This document shows positions 29,401 to 39,894 of a DNA stretch of 64,000 bases, in pieces (the stretch's first letter is position 1; each line of letters starts with the position of its first letter). The stretch lies in assembly GCA_963695545.1 (NCBI GenBank), contig OY968796.1:1472001-1536000 (forward strand), in the 5' to 3' direction. The position numbers and the translations under genes are program-made. Source of the stretch: Terriglobia bacterium (GTDB taxonomy: Bacteria; Acidobacteriota; Terriglobia; Acidiferrales; UBA7541). The notes below the pieces were generated by a model. It was not told where the DNA came from. It made no database searches and saw nothing but the letters and a program-made list of their open reading frames with translations.

Positions 29401-29579
29401 CTCTACTTCACTGTACCAGCGCGCCGCAGCTTCGGGCAATCCGCGGCGCGATGATTGCCGGCATGTGCCGCAAGCAACCTCTCAATCCCGCTCGCGGCTG
29501 CCCTGGGCGGGGTTGTGGTATATCTGTCTTGGCCACATCGCACCGCAAAAATCGCTCCCACGCATCGAGGACACGCTTC

Positions 29580-32519
29580 ATGACGGCATCGAGGCCCCGA
29601 AAAGAAACTGAATTTCTGCGCGCGCTGTTTCGCCCAATTTTCCCCGCGTTGCTGGCCATCGCACTCGCGCTCGTGGGGTTGCGCGTCGTTGCGCAGACGC
29701 CGTCCCCCGCGCAAGTTGCGATCGTTCCCGAACCCGATGCACAGGCCCTGCAAATCGACCGCGGTGCCGCTGGCCTCTGGCAGATGCTACTTAAACTGCA
29801 CACGCGCGCGAGCCTGATTCAAATCGTGGCGCACCCGGACGACGAAGACGGCGGCATGCTGACGTACGAATCGCGCGGTCAGGGCGCGCGCGTCATCTTA
29901 ATGACGCTGAATCGCGGCGAAGGCGGCCAGAACGTGATGAACGATGAATATTGGGACGCGCTGGGCCTCGACCGCACGATGGAACTGCTCGCGGCGGATC
30001 GCTACTACGGCGCGAATCAGTATTGGGGCACGGTGATCGACTACGGCTTCTCAAAAACGAAAGAAGAAGCGCTTGAGAAGTGGACGCACGAGCGTGTGCT
30101 AAGCGATGCGGTGCGCGTGGTGCGCATGACGCGTCCTCTCGTGGTGACTTCGGTCTTCGTCGGCGGACCGACGGATGGTCACGGGCATCATCAAGTCTCA
30201 GGCGAAGTGGCGCAAGAAGTTTTCAAAGCCGCGGCCGATCCGAATGCATTTCCCGAGCAGATCAAAGAAGGTCTCCGGCCATGGGCCCCGCTCAAGGTTT
30301 ACGCGCGCGTCCCCGCCAACGCCATTCGTCCGCAAGGGATTTTCGATTCCGCGAACGGGCAGTGGGCGCCCGCGCGATTTCAGGATTACGTGAATAACAC
30401 GTGGATCGAAGGCCTGCCCGCAATCAATCTTCGCGTGCCCGAAGGCACGTACGATCCGCTGCTTGGCGCGTCGTACTCCCAAATCTCGCGCGAAGGATGG
30501 GGCTTGCAGAAATCGCAGTACGGCGGACCGATCATCCAGGAAGCCGGCCCGGTTTCAACGCCGTATCACCGTTTCGGCTCGAGCGTGCAGAGCGCTGACC
30601 AGGAGCAAAACTTTTTCGACGGCATCGACGTTTCGCTCGCGGGCATCGCGGATCTCGTGAAGGATGGCGACGCGACATTCCTGCGGCAGGCGCTCGTCGC
30701 GATCAACGCGCAGGTCGAGCTGGCCATGAGCCAGTTTTCGGCCGATCACCCGGAAAAAATCGCGCCAACGCTGGCCGAAGGCTTGAAAGCCACAACGGCG
30801 CTGATCGATCAAGTGAACGCGAGCAATCTTTCCGGCGAATCGAAATACGACGTGCTGCACGAACTGCAAATCAAACAGGCGCAGTTCAACGACGCACTCG
30901 CACTCGCGCTCGGATTCGCGTTCGATGCCACCGTCGCTCCGCCGCCCGCGGGTTCCGGAGGCGGGCCCGGCGGGCCGTTTGGCGAAGGCGGAGGATTCGG
31001 ACCCGCAGCGTCATTTCAATTCGCGATCCCCGGCCAGAATTTTTATGTTCGCGTGCACGCCGCAAATCAAGGCTCGGAATCGATCGAACTCAAGCGCGTG
31101 TGGCTCGAAAACCCGCAAAGTGAAGACTGGAAATTCGAGGTTGATGGCAAAACGCAGGGCGGGCCGCTCGCCGGCGCAACGGTCGTGGACCAGCGATTCA
31201 GCGTGAGCGTTCCGGCCGACGCCGCGCCGACGGTTCCTTACTTCACGCGGCCGATCATCGAGCAGCCCTACTACGATCTGATCGACCCGCGCTATCGGAA
31301 TTTGCCGTTCGCGCCGTATCCACTTGCGGCGTGGGCCGAGTTTACTTACGACGGCGCAACGGTGCGCGTTGGGCAGCTCGTCGATACAACTTCGCGGCAA
31401 ACAGGTCTCGGCGCCGTGAAAAACCCGCTGATGGTCACGCCGGCGATTTCCATTGCGATCTCGCCGAGCGCGGGCATCGTGCCACTGGGACAAAAACAAT
31501 TCACGCTGACCGCGACGCTGAAGAGTGAGGTGAAAGGCGCGGCGCAAGGCACAGTGAAGCTCGAATTGCCCGAGGGTTGGCGCGCCACGCCCGCCAGCGC
31601 TCCGTTTGCGACGACTATTGAGGGCGAAACGCAAAGCGTGGAATTTCGCATCGTGCCGGCCGGCCTCGCGGAGAAGCAATACACGGTGACGGCCGTGGCG
31701 AACTACGACGGCAAGGATTACAAAGCCGGATTTGTGACCACGGGATATCCGGGATTGCGGCCGTACAACCTCTACTCGCCGGCGGAGTACCGTACGACCG
31801 GTGTGAACGTGAAGATGGCGAGCGGCGTCAACGTCGGATACATCGAAGGCACGGGAGACGATGTGCCGGGCGCACTCGAAGACCTGGGAGTGCACGCGCA
31901 CTTTTTGAGCGCCGAAGATATCGCGACGTCCGATCTGAAGAAATATGACGTCATCGTGATCGGAGAGCGAGCGTACTCGGTACGGCCGGAATTGGCCACG
32001 AACAGCGCTCGACTGCTCGACTACGTGAAAAACGGCGGCGTGATCGTGGTGCAGTATCAAGCCGGCGGCCAGTATCGAGCGAGCTTCGGCCCGTATCCAT
32101 TCACGCTGGGCTCGCAGATCGTGGTGGACGAAGAAAGCGCGGTGCAGATTCTGAGTCCGAAGGATCCGGCGCTTTCGTGGCCGAATCAAATCACCGCCGA
32201 CGATTTCAAGGGCTGGTATGAAGAGCGCGGCCACGGCTTCATGGACGAATGGGACGCGCATTACGACGCGCCTTTCGAGATGCACGACGCCGGCCAAGCG
32301 CCGCAGAAAGGCGGATTCCTGTTTGCGCGGTACGGCCGCGGCGCCTACGTTTATCTGGCCTTTGCGCTCTATCGGCAAGTGCCGGAAGGTGTGCCGGGCA
32401 GCTACCGATTGATGGCCAACTTGCTCAGCCTGCCGAAGAATCCGCAATTGATCGTGAAAGCCAAGCCAGCATCGCCGAAGCCCGCGTCGCAAGCCGCCGG
32501 AGCCGCATCACAGCGTTGA
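29580..32519 (+). CDS. Large secreted PIG-L/LmbE-family deacetylase with C-terminal Ig-like domains
   Basis: AHPDDE, RGEGGQN, HGHH; signal-like N-terminus; start approximate. Confidence 0.85.
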   Translation: MTASRPRKETEFLRALFRPIFPALLAIALALVGLRVVAQTPSPAQVAIVPEPDAQALQIDRGAAGLWQMLLKLHTRASLIQIVAHPDDEDGGMLTYESRGQGARVILMTLNRGEGGQNVMNDEYWDALGLDRTMELLAADRYYGANQYWGTVIDYGFSKTKEEALEKWTHERVLSDAVRVVRMTRPLVVTSVFVGGPTDGHGHHQVSGEVAQEVFKAAADPNAFPEQIKEGLRPWAPLKVYARVPANAIRPQGIFDSANGQWAPARFQDYVNNTWIEGLPAINLRVPEGTYDPLLGASYSQISREGWGLQKSQYGGPIIQEAGPVSTPYHRFGSSVQSADQEQNFFDGIDVSLAGIADLVKDGDATFLRQALVAINAQVELAMSQFSADHPEKIAPTLAEGLKATTALIDQVNASNLSGESKYDVLHELQIKQAQFNDALALALGFAFDATVAPPPAGSGGGPGGPFGEGGGFGPAASFQFAIPGQNFYVRVHAANQGSESIELKRVWLENPQSEDWKFEVDGKTQGGPLAGATVVDQRFSVSVPADAAPTVPYFTRPIIEQPYYDLIDPRYRNLPFAPYPLAAWAEFTYDGATVRVGQLVDTTSRQTGLGAVKNPLMVTPAISIAISPSAGIVPLGQKQFTLTATLKSEVKGAAQGTVKLELPEGWRATPASAPFATTIEGETQSVEFRIVPAGLAEKQYTVTAVANYDGKDYKAGFVTTGYPGLRPYNLYSPAEYRTTGVNVKMASGVNVGYIEGTGDDVPGALEDLGVHAHFLSAEDIATSDLKKYDVIVIGERAYSVRPELATNSARLLDYVKNGGVIVVQYQAGGQYRASFGPYPFTLGSQIVVDEESAVQILSPKDPALSWPNQITADDFKGWYEERGHGFMDEWDAHYDAPFEMHDAGQAPQKGGFLFARYGRGAYVYLAFALYRQVPEGVPGSYRLMANLLSLPKNPQLIVKAKPASPKPASQAAGAASQR

Positions 32520-32571
32520 AATTCTGAGTTGTGTAGGCGGCGGCGCCGCGCGCCGGTATAATGCGCGCTCG

Positions 32572-34230
32572 ATGCCGGCCATATACGAAATTCCCCGCTG
32601 GCTCTTCGCTTCAGACCCGGAGTGGAAGCCGGGCTTCTTGAAGGCACGTTGGCTTTTTCTGCGCGCCCTCGGACTGATTTTCTTCTCCGCATTTTTCTCG
32701 CTGCTCTTTCAGATTCGCGGCCTGATCGGGCCCGACGGCATTTTGCCCGCGAGCGACTATTTGCCGAACGTCGCGCAGTATTTCGGCGGATTGCGCTTCT
32801 GGTTTGCACCAACGTTGTATTGGATTTCTTCAAGCGATCGCGCGCTGATGGCCGTGTGCTGGATAGGAATCGCCGCGTCGGTGCTGCTTACGCTGAATCT
32901 GTGGCCGCGCATGACGACGTTCGTGTGCCTCGTCGCGTTCATTTCCTTCATCAGCGCGGCGCAGGATTTTTCGAGCTATCAATCCGACGGCATGCTGATG
33001 GAAGCCGGTTTCTTGTGCTTGTTTTTTGCGCCGCCGGGTTTGCGGCCGGGCCTGGGGCGGCTGCATACGCCATCCCGCGCGAGTTGGTTTCTTTTGGTCT
33101 GGTTGAATTTCCGGATTTATTTTGAATCCGGGATCGCGAAAATCCTGAGCCACGATCCGCAATGGCGCGGCCTTACGGCGATGGATCAGTATTATCAAAA
33201 TGGTCCGCTGCCGACCTGGATCGGCTGGTACGTGCAGCATCTCCCCCATTGGTTCCACGCCGCGACGGTGGTCTACATCCTTGCGGTCGAATTGGTGCTG
33301 TGCTTCCTGATGTTCATTCCCGGGACACTTCTGAAGTTGCTACCCAGTCGAATCCGCGTCGAGCCCAGGACACTGCGCATCGTTTTGTTTTTCATAATCA
33401 CACCGATGCAGATTTCGATCATCCTGACGGCGAATTACGCTTTCCTGAATTACATCGTGCTCTCTCTTGGAATTTTGCTGCTGGATGATCGCTTCCTCGA
33501 TCGCTTTTGGCCGGCTCGATACGCCGCCGCTTCGCCGCTTGAATCCGGTCCCGCAGCTCCGGTTTCTCCCGCCTTCGTCGCGCCAAAACGCGAGTCCGAG
33601 TGGCAATCGGCGCTCAATGGATTGCGACTGTCGGTGAGTGGAATTTTCCTGACGTGGGATTTTTACGTCACGGCCACGCTGCTAATCATCATGGTGTGGC
33701 CCGGAGTGCCAATTCCGCTGGTACCGGCGCGATGGCTCGAACCATTTCGCATAGCCAACCAGTTCGGTTTATTCGCAGTGATGACGCCCGATCGTTACGA
33801 GATCGAGTTTCAAGGCTCTCTCGACGGCAAGACGTGGATCCCCTACGATTTTCGTCACAAGCCGCAGGACGTTACGCGCGCGCCAGGAATTTACGCGCCC
33901 TATCAGCCGCGTTTCGATTGGAATTTGTGGTTCGCGTCGCTGGGAGTTTGGCGCCAGTATCCGTTCGTGTTGAACACCGAGGAGCGCCTTCTCGCCGGCT
34001 CGCCCGATGTGCTGGCCCTTTTCGCGAACAACCCGTTTCCGAACCAGCAACCGCTTCAGGTCCGCGCCGTGTTGTGGCAATACTGGTTTACAGACATGGC
34101 GACGAAGCGCGCGACCGGCGCGTGGTGGCGGCGGGAGCTCGTGGGCCTCTACGCGCCGACGCTCGAACGCGAGCCTGACGGGAAATATCTGATCGTTGAT
34201 TGGCCCGGCGAGGCGCCTGCGGGGCCTTAG
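32572..34230 (+). CDS. Lipase maturation factor family membrane protein
   Basis: WLFLRALGLI, ESGIAK, PLPTWIGW, APYQPRFDWNLWF. Confidence 0.9.
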   Translation: MPAIYEIPRWLFASDPEWKPGFLKARWLFLRALGLIFFSAFFSLLFQIRGLIGPDGILPASDYLPNVAQYFGGLRFWFAPTLYWISSSDRALMAVCWIGIAASVLLTLNLWPRMTTFVCLVAFISFISAAQDFSSYQSDGMLMEAGFLCLFFAPPGLRPGLGRLHTPSRASWFLLVWLNFRIYFESGIAKILSHDPQWRGLTAMDQYYQNGPLPTWIGWYVQHLPHWFHAATVVYILAVELVLCFLMFIPGTLLKLLPSRIRVEPRTLRIVLFFIITPMQISIILTANYAFLNYIVLSLGILLLDDRFLDRFWPARYAAASPLESGPAAPVSPAFVAPKRESEWQSALNGLRLSVSGIFLTWDFYVTATLLIIMVWPGVPIPLVPARWLEPFRIANQFGLFAVMTPDRYEIEFQGSLDGKTWIPYDFRHKPQDVTRAPGIYAPYQPRFDWNLWFASLGVWRQYPFVLNTEERLLAGSPDVLALFANNPFPNQQPLQVRAVLWQYWFTDMATKRATGAWWRRELVGLYAPTLEREPDGKYLIVDWPGEAPAGP

Positions 34231-34427
34231 GCTGGCATTTCGGCCAGTTCAACGCCCCGGATTGCCATCCATAAGTCTCTAATCCTAAATAACTTAACTA
34301 AAGTTCCAGGACCATCGGGTGGGTTCAATGGGACCGGATGCCCATTGGTACAGCTCGGTATGGCCGCTACATTCGATTCACGCAGCCGGGATTCCGCAAA
34401 GCAAGATTGATCCCGGGCCGTACTGAG

Positions 34428-35132
34428 GTGTTCGCCATGTGGTTGGCCCTAGCGGTACTGGTTCTTCACCCACAAATTCATCCGGCACTTTCGATCGATG
34501 TTTCGCAGATCGAAGAGCCCGCAAGCATATCGAGTACGGTCGCGCCTGGCGATTCCAATTCTCTTGCCAACGAGCCGGTGAGCGCGAAGGCGGATTCTTC
34601 GAGCGCCGCTGCTTCGCCGGCACCCGCGCCGGAGACTCCCGCGGCTGCGCCTGCCGAAAGCTCCTCCGCGCTGCCGGCTGCTCCTGTTCCGAACGAGCCC
34701 GGCATCGTGTCGCAGGTCCCTGCGGCGGCGACACTGCCAGTCGCGCCAGGCGGAATCCACAGGGTGAATGCCATGCTGTGGAGCGTGGTCAACCCCAGAT
34801 TTGAAACGCGGCGCGACAAGCGTTTGTGGTTGGGACTTTCGATCGTGCAAAGCACAGCGGCCAGCTTCGATGCGTGGACCACGCGTCGTGAGATTTCATC
34901 CGGTCAAGGCCAGGAATTGAATCCGTTCCTGAAACCGTTTGCGGGCAACTCATCGCTGTACGTTGTCACGCAGATCACGCCGGTGGCGTTCGACTATCTC
35001 GGACACTACATGATGTACAGCCGGCATTCCTGGGAGCGGCACGTGTGGTGGCTGCCGCAGGTTCTGGGCACGGCGAGTTCGCTCGCGGCCGGCGGGCACA
35101 ATCTGACGGTGCGCGCCACGCCTGCACAGTAA
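34428..35132 (+). CDS. Hypothetical exported/membrane protein
   Basis: Signal-like start, Pro/Ala linker, FDAWTT..ELNP C-terminal domain; start uncertain. Confidence 0.65.
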   Translation: MFAMWLALAVLVLHPQIHPALSIDVSQIEEPASISSTVAPGDSNSLANEPVSAKADSSSAAASPAPAPETPAAAPAESSSALPAAPVPNEPGIVSQVPAAATLPVAPGGIHRVNAMLWSVVNPRFETRRDKRLWLGLSIVQSTAASFDAWTTRREISSGQGQELNPFLKPFAGNSSLYVVTQITPVAFDYLGHYMMYSRHSWERHVWWLPQVLGTASSLAAGGHNLTVRATPAQ

Positions 35133-35258
35133 AATTAATTTCTTCCCTCTCTCCGCTCTCCGCCAACGTGGAGATGTGACGGCTCCCCTGCAAGCAATTG
35201 CAGCGGGAGCCGTCTCGCTGTAGCATCACCCCAAGAAAATTTCCAAGCGGAGGCGGCC

Positions 35259-36476
35259 ATGGCGGCTGTGGAAGCGGCTGCATCTCCCGCATTGCATTCT
35301 GCGAATGCCGGCGCGGGAGCGGGCGGCGGGCGACTCGTTTCGCTCGATGTGCTCCGCGGCGCGACCATCGCGGCCATGATTCTGGTAAACAATCCAGGTT
35401 CCTGGGCGCACATCTACTGGCCGCTCGAACACGCTGAATGGAATGGCTGGACTCCCACCGATTTGATTTTTCCGTTTTTTCTTTTCATCGTCGGCGTGGC
35501 CATGACGTTTTCCTTCGCCGCGCGCCTCAATCGCGGCTGTGGTCGCGGCCGATTGGCCTGGCACGTTTTCACGCGCAGCGTGATTTTGTTCGCGATCGGG
35601 CTTTTTCTGAACGCGTTCCCCGAATTTTCCTGGCACACGCTGCGCATCATGGGTGTGCTTCAGCGCATCGGCGTTTGCTACCTCGCCGCGGGGTTCGTGT
35701 ATCTAGCCACTTGGCGCGTGGAAGCGCAGCCGGACGGCTCGAAGCGCGCGACCAGCAATTGGATACTGATCGCGGGCTGCGCTGTCGCGCTGCTCGTCGG
35801 ATATTGGGCTGCGCTGAAATTCGTGCCCGTGCCCGGCTACGGAATCGGGCGACTCGATCCGGAAGGAAATCTGGGCGCGTATCTCGATCGAAAAATTATG
35901 GGGGGCCATCTGTGGGACCAATCGGTCACGTGGGATCCTGAGGGGCTGCTCAGCACGCTGCCCGCGATTGCCACCACGCTGCTCGGCATTCTCACGGGCG
36001 AATGGATGCGTTCGTCGCGCAGCGGTGCGCGGAAGGCCGCGTGGTTGGCGATGGTGGGCGCCGTGTTGCTCATTGTCGGTCGCTTAATGCATCCCTTTTT
36101 CCCCATCAACAAAAATTTATGGACGAGTACGTTTGTGATTTTTACCGGCGGATTCGCGATGCTGCTTTTGGCGGCCTGCTATTGGTTCGTGGATCTGAAA
36201 GGCTATCGCCGCTGGGCGGCGCCTTTTCTGGTCTTCGGCAGAAACGCCATCGCCGTTTATTTCCTCTCGATGCTTTTGGTCGAGGTGGCCATCACGTGGG
36301 GATTTCACGATTCCGACGGCGATTTTCAAACCTGGTACAACTGGTTTTACGAAAGGCTGTTCGCCCCGCACGCCAGCCCGAAGAACGCCTCGCTGGCCTT
36401 CGCGATTTTCTACGTTCTGCTGTGGCTCGTGCTGATGTGGCCGCTCGACCGCAAGCGCATATACCTCCGCATCTGA
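35259..36476 (+). CDS. Membrane acyltransferase (HGSNAT/NagX-like)
   Basis: RLVSLDVLRG, MILVNNPG, DLIFPFFLFIVG, DPEGLLST, PINKNLWT. Confidence 0.9.
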   Translation: MAAVEAAASPALHSANAGAGAGGGRLVSLDVLRGATIAAMILVNNPGSWAHIYWPLEHAEWNGWTPTDLIFPFFLFIVGVAMTFSFAARLNRGCGRGRLAWHVFTRSVILFAIGLFLNAFPEFSWHTLRIMGVLQRIGVCYLAAGFVYLATWRVEAQPDGSKRATSNWILIAGCAVALLVGYWAALKFVPVPGYGIGRLDPEGNLGAYLDRKIMGGHLWDQSVTWDPEGLLSTLPAIATTLLGILTGEWMRSSRSGARKAAWLAMVGAVLLIVGRLMHPFFPINKNLWTSTFVIFTGGFAMLLLAACYWFVDLKGYRRWAAPFLVFGRNAIAVYFLSMLLVEVAITWGFHDSDGDFQTWYNWFYERLFAPHASPKNASLAFAIFYVLLWLVLMWPLDRKRIYLRI

Positions 36477-36524
36477 AGCTACGAAGATGTATTCGGCGCA
36501 ACGGAGTTCCGTCATAATGCGCGT

Positions 36525-37904
36525 GTGCCCGAGCCGATCGTAAATCCCGCCGCGCCGGCCGCCGAATCCGCCGGCGCGCGTCCCGACGACGCGCCCATCA
36601 TTTGCGCACGTGGCATCGAAAAATTTTATCCGCAGCCCGACGGCGGCCGCGTCGAAATCATTGCCCCCTCCAATCTCGACATCTTTCCCGGCCAGATTGT
36701 GGCCCTTCTCGGACCGTCCGGCTCCGGCAAATCGACGCTGCTGCGCATGCTCGCAGGTCTGTGCGCTCCGTCGGCTGGCGGAGTCCTGTGGCACGGCCGC
36801 CCGCTCGATAGCCAGGTGCCGAATGTCGGCATCGTGTTCCAGAGTTTCGCGCTGTTCCCGTGGCTGACGGTGCTCGACAACGTTGAAGCGCCGCTTGAAG
36901 CGCGCGGCGTCGCCGCGGCAGAGCGCCGCGAGCGCGCCGTGCGGATTTTGGACGCGGTGGGCCTCGACGGTTTCGAGACAGCCTACCCCAAGGAATTATC
37001 CGGTGGAATGAAACAGCGCGTGGGATTCGCGCGCGCGCTGGTGATCCAGCCGGAAGTGCTTTTCATGGACGAGCCGTTCTCCTCGCTCGACGTGCTCACC
37101 GCCGAAACGCTGCGCGGCGAATTGCTTGAGCTGTGGCTCGAACGCAAGATACCCACACGTTCGATTTTTCTGGTGACGCACAACATCGAAGAAGCCGTGG
37201 TCCTGGCCGACCGCATCCTCGTTCTGGGCAATCATCCGGCGCACATTCGCGCGGATTTCGAGGTCGCGCTGCCTCAGCCGCGAAAGCGCAAGGATGCGGC
37301 GTTTCTCGATCTGGTCGATCGCATCTATCAGGTTCTCACGCAGCCCACCGCCGATTTCGCGCCGCCGCCGGCATCCGCCGTGCCTGCTGCGCCTCGGGCT
37401 GTTGCGCGCTACCCCTTGCTGCCGCACACGCGGCCGGGTGGAATGGGCGCGCTTCTCGAACTCCTGGCCGATCGCGGCGGCCGCGAGGATTTGCATGCGC
37501 TCGCCTCGGCGCTCTCGCTCGACGTGGATGAGCTGCTGCCCATCGTAGAGACCGCCGAGCTGTTCGGATTCCTCACCGTCGATCAGGGTGACGGCCAGAT
37601 CACGCAGACGGGCAAAGCCTTCGCCGCGGGCAGCATTCTGCAAAGGAAAGAATTGTTTCGCGATGCGGCGCTCGAGCGCGTGCTGCTGCTGCGCCAAATC
37701 GAAGAAGCTCTTCGCGCCAAGGCCGATCACACGCTGCCCGACGATTTTTTCCGCGACCTCCTCGAAGAGCAATTCACGCCCGAAGTGGCCAACAGCCAAT
37801 TTGAAACGGCAATTCAGTGGGGACGCTACGCGGAAATCTTCGACTACGACGCCGACCGCGGCCGCCTGGTTCTCACTGAGCCCTCAGCACTGGATCAGGA
37901 ATGA
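36525..37904 (+). CDS. Nitrate/sulfonate-type ABC ATPase with C-terminal associated domain
   Basis: GPSGSGKST, YPKELSGGMKQRVGFARAL, WGRYAEIF. Confidence 0.9.
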   Translation: MPEPIVNPAAPAAESAGARPDDAPIICARGIEKFYPQPDGGRVEIIAPSNLDIFPGQIVALLGPSGSGKSTLLRMLAGLCAPSAGGVLWHGRPLDSQVPNVGIVFQSFALFPWLTVLDNVEAPLEARGVAAAERRERAVRILDAVGLDGFETAYPKELSGGMKQRVGFARALVIQPEVLFMDEPFSSLDVLTAETLRGELLELWLERKIPTRSIFLVTHNIEEAVVLADRILVLGNHPAHIRADFEVALPQPRKRKDAAFLDLVDRIYQVLTQPTADFAPPPASAVPAAPRAVARYPLLPHTRPGGMGALLELLADRGGREDLHALASALSLDVDELLPIVETAELFGFLTVDQGDGQITQTGKAFAAGSILQRKELFRDAALERVLLLRQIEEALRAKADHTLPDDFFRDLLEEQFTPEVANSQFETAIQWGRYAEIFDYDADRGRLVLTEPSALDQE

Positions 37905-37928
37905 CCAGGAATCGCGAGGAATAGTCGC

Positions 37929-39707
37929 GTGTCCATCTCGGCTCCCACAAGCGCGCAGCCCGAGCCCCGCATCTTCCGCCGTTTTTTCGCAGAGGGCCGC
38001 GTGGAATCGCGCCTCGTGGACGCAGTCGTTTTCGCCGCGATGGGCCTGGCCATTTATGGTCTTTGGCGCACCGGCCACGCGTGGACACAGCCCGCGGCTT
38101 CCGAAGCGCGCATTTCCATGCGGCCTTCGGCACTGCCGGGTTACGCGTTCGATTCGCTGTTGCGGATCGCGATCGCGTACGTGCTCAGCCTGATCTTCGC
38201 CATCGCCTATGGATACGCGGCGGCGCGCTCGGCCGCGGCCGAGCGGATTCTGATTCCGCTGCTCGATGTTCTGCAATCCATCCCGGTGCTCAGTTTTCTG
38301 CCGGCGGTGATGCTGGCGATGGTCGCGCTGTTTCCGTCGCGCCAAGCAGGGCTCGAGTTAGGCTCGATCCTGCTGATTTTTACCGGGCAAGTCTGGAACA
38401 TTGCATTCAGCATGTACGCCTCGCTGCGGGCCATCCCCACCGAGCTCAAGGAAGCCGCACGCGTCTATCGTTTCAGCCCGTGGCAGCGGTTCATCGAACT
38501 TGAACTTCCATATTCGGCCATCGGCCTGGTTTGGAATTCGATGATGTCGGTGGCCGGTGGCTGGTTTTTCCTGATGGCTTGCGAGATGTTCCAATTGAAC
38601 AATCGCGATTTTCGCCTGCCCGGTTTGGGTTCGTATCTTCAGCGCGCTTCGAGCGCTGGAGATACAAAGGCCATTGCCTGGGGTCTTGCAGCGATGATCG
38701 GAGTGATTGTCCTGCTCGATCAGCTCGTTTGGCGGCCGGTAATCGCTTGGGCCGATAAATTTAAAATGGAATCTGTGGGCGCAGCCAACGTCTCGCGTTC
38801 GGCCGTGCTCACGCTGCTGCGCCGATCGGAGCTTGTCGCCGCGCTATATCGCCGGGCCGTGGCGCCTGCGGGAGAGCGGCTGATGTTGTCGCTCGCGCGG
38901 CCTGCGGGGGAATCGCTCGACGCCGCGTCGGCGCAGTTATCTGCGCGTCGCGGTTTGTGGCAACGCGGGCGTGGCGCAGTGGTCTACGCGGCGGCCTTCG
39001 CCGTAACCGCGTGGCTCGCTCTGCATGGCTACAAGCTCATCGTGCAATTGGGCTCGTCGGAAATCCGCCTGCTGCTTCGCGGCGCGGCGTACACGTTCCT
39101 GCGTGTGCAAGGATCACTGCTACTGGGCGCGCTCTGGACGGTTCCACTGGGCGTGGCGATTGGTCTTAGCCCGCGCCTCGCGCGCATCGCGCAGCCGCTG
39201 GTGCAGATTGCCGCCTCAGTGCCGGCCACCGCGCTGTTTCCCGTAATCCTGCTGGCGCTGCTGCGTTTCGGTGGAGGCATGGGCGTCGCGGCGATCGTTC
39301 TGATGCTTCTCGGCACGCAGTGGTACATCCTCTTCAACGTGATCGCCGGCGCCATCGCCATCCCCTCTGATTTGCGCGAGGTTGCCCGAGTTTTCCGCTT
39401 CGGATCATGGAACCGCTGGCGCCTTCTGATTCTACCGGCCATTTTCCCGTATCTTGTGACCGGCTTGATCACGGCCTCCGGCGGCGCATGGAACGCCAGC
39501 ATCATCGCGGAATATTTCCACTTTCGCGGCGCAACGCTTGAAACCACGGGCCTCGGCTCGATCATCAGCAGCGCCACGGATGCGGGGCGGATGGACGTGT
39601 TGCTTGCGGCGACCATGCTGATGGCCTTGATCGTCGTGTCGATGAATCGCCTGGTTTGGCGGCGTCTCTATCGGCTGGGCGAAAACCGCTTCAAGCTCGA
39701 CGCCTGA
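37929..39707 (+). CDS. ABC permease with duplicated inner-membrane domains
   Basis: LDVLQSIPVLSFL, VWNSMMSVAGGWFFL, GGAWNASIIAE. Confidence 0.9.
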   Translation: MSISAPTSAQPEPRIFRRFFAEGRVESRLVDAVVFAAMGLAIYGLWRTGHAWTQPAASEARISMRPSALPGYAFDSLLRIAIAYVLSLIFAIAYGYAAARSAAAERILIPLLDVLQSIPVLSFLPAVMLAMVALFPSRQAGLELGSILLIFTGQVWNIAFSMYASLRAIPTELKEAARVYRFSPWQRFIELELPYSAIGLVWNSMMSVAGGWFFLMACEMFQLNNRDFRLPGLGSYLQRASSAGDTKAIAWGLAAMIGVIVLLDQLVWRPVIAWADKFKMESVGAANVSRSAVLTLLRRSELVAALYRRAVAPAGERLMLSLARPAGESLDAASAQLSARRGLWQRGRGAVVYAAAFAVTAWLALHGYKLIVQLGSSEIRLLLRGAAYTFLRVQGSLLLGALWTVPLGVAIGLSPRLARIAQPLVQIAASVPATALFPVILLALLRFGGGMGVAAIVLMLLGTQWYILFNVIAGAIAIPSDLREVARVFRFGSWNRWRLLILPAIFPYLVTGLITASGGAWNASIIAEYFHFRGATLETTGLGSIISSATDAGRMDVLLAATMLMALIVVSMNRLVWRRLYRLGENRFKLDA

Positions 39708-39894
39708 GACGCGAGCGAAACTCGCATCCCGCCATCCCTCGACACACGCGGCGAGCCTGTACGGACGGACAGGCTCTCGAAATTTGCACAGCGTGTACAA
39801 ATCGGGTGCGGCTTGGCCGCATCTGACTCCCTAAGGGCGCTCGACTTGGTGTACATTACAAAGTCAGTCTTGAGTCCGCGGAAGAAGGCTAGAC

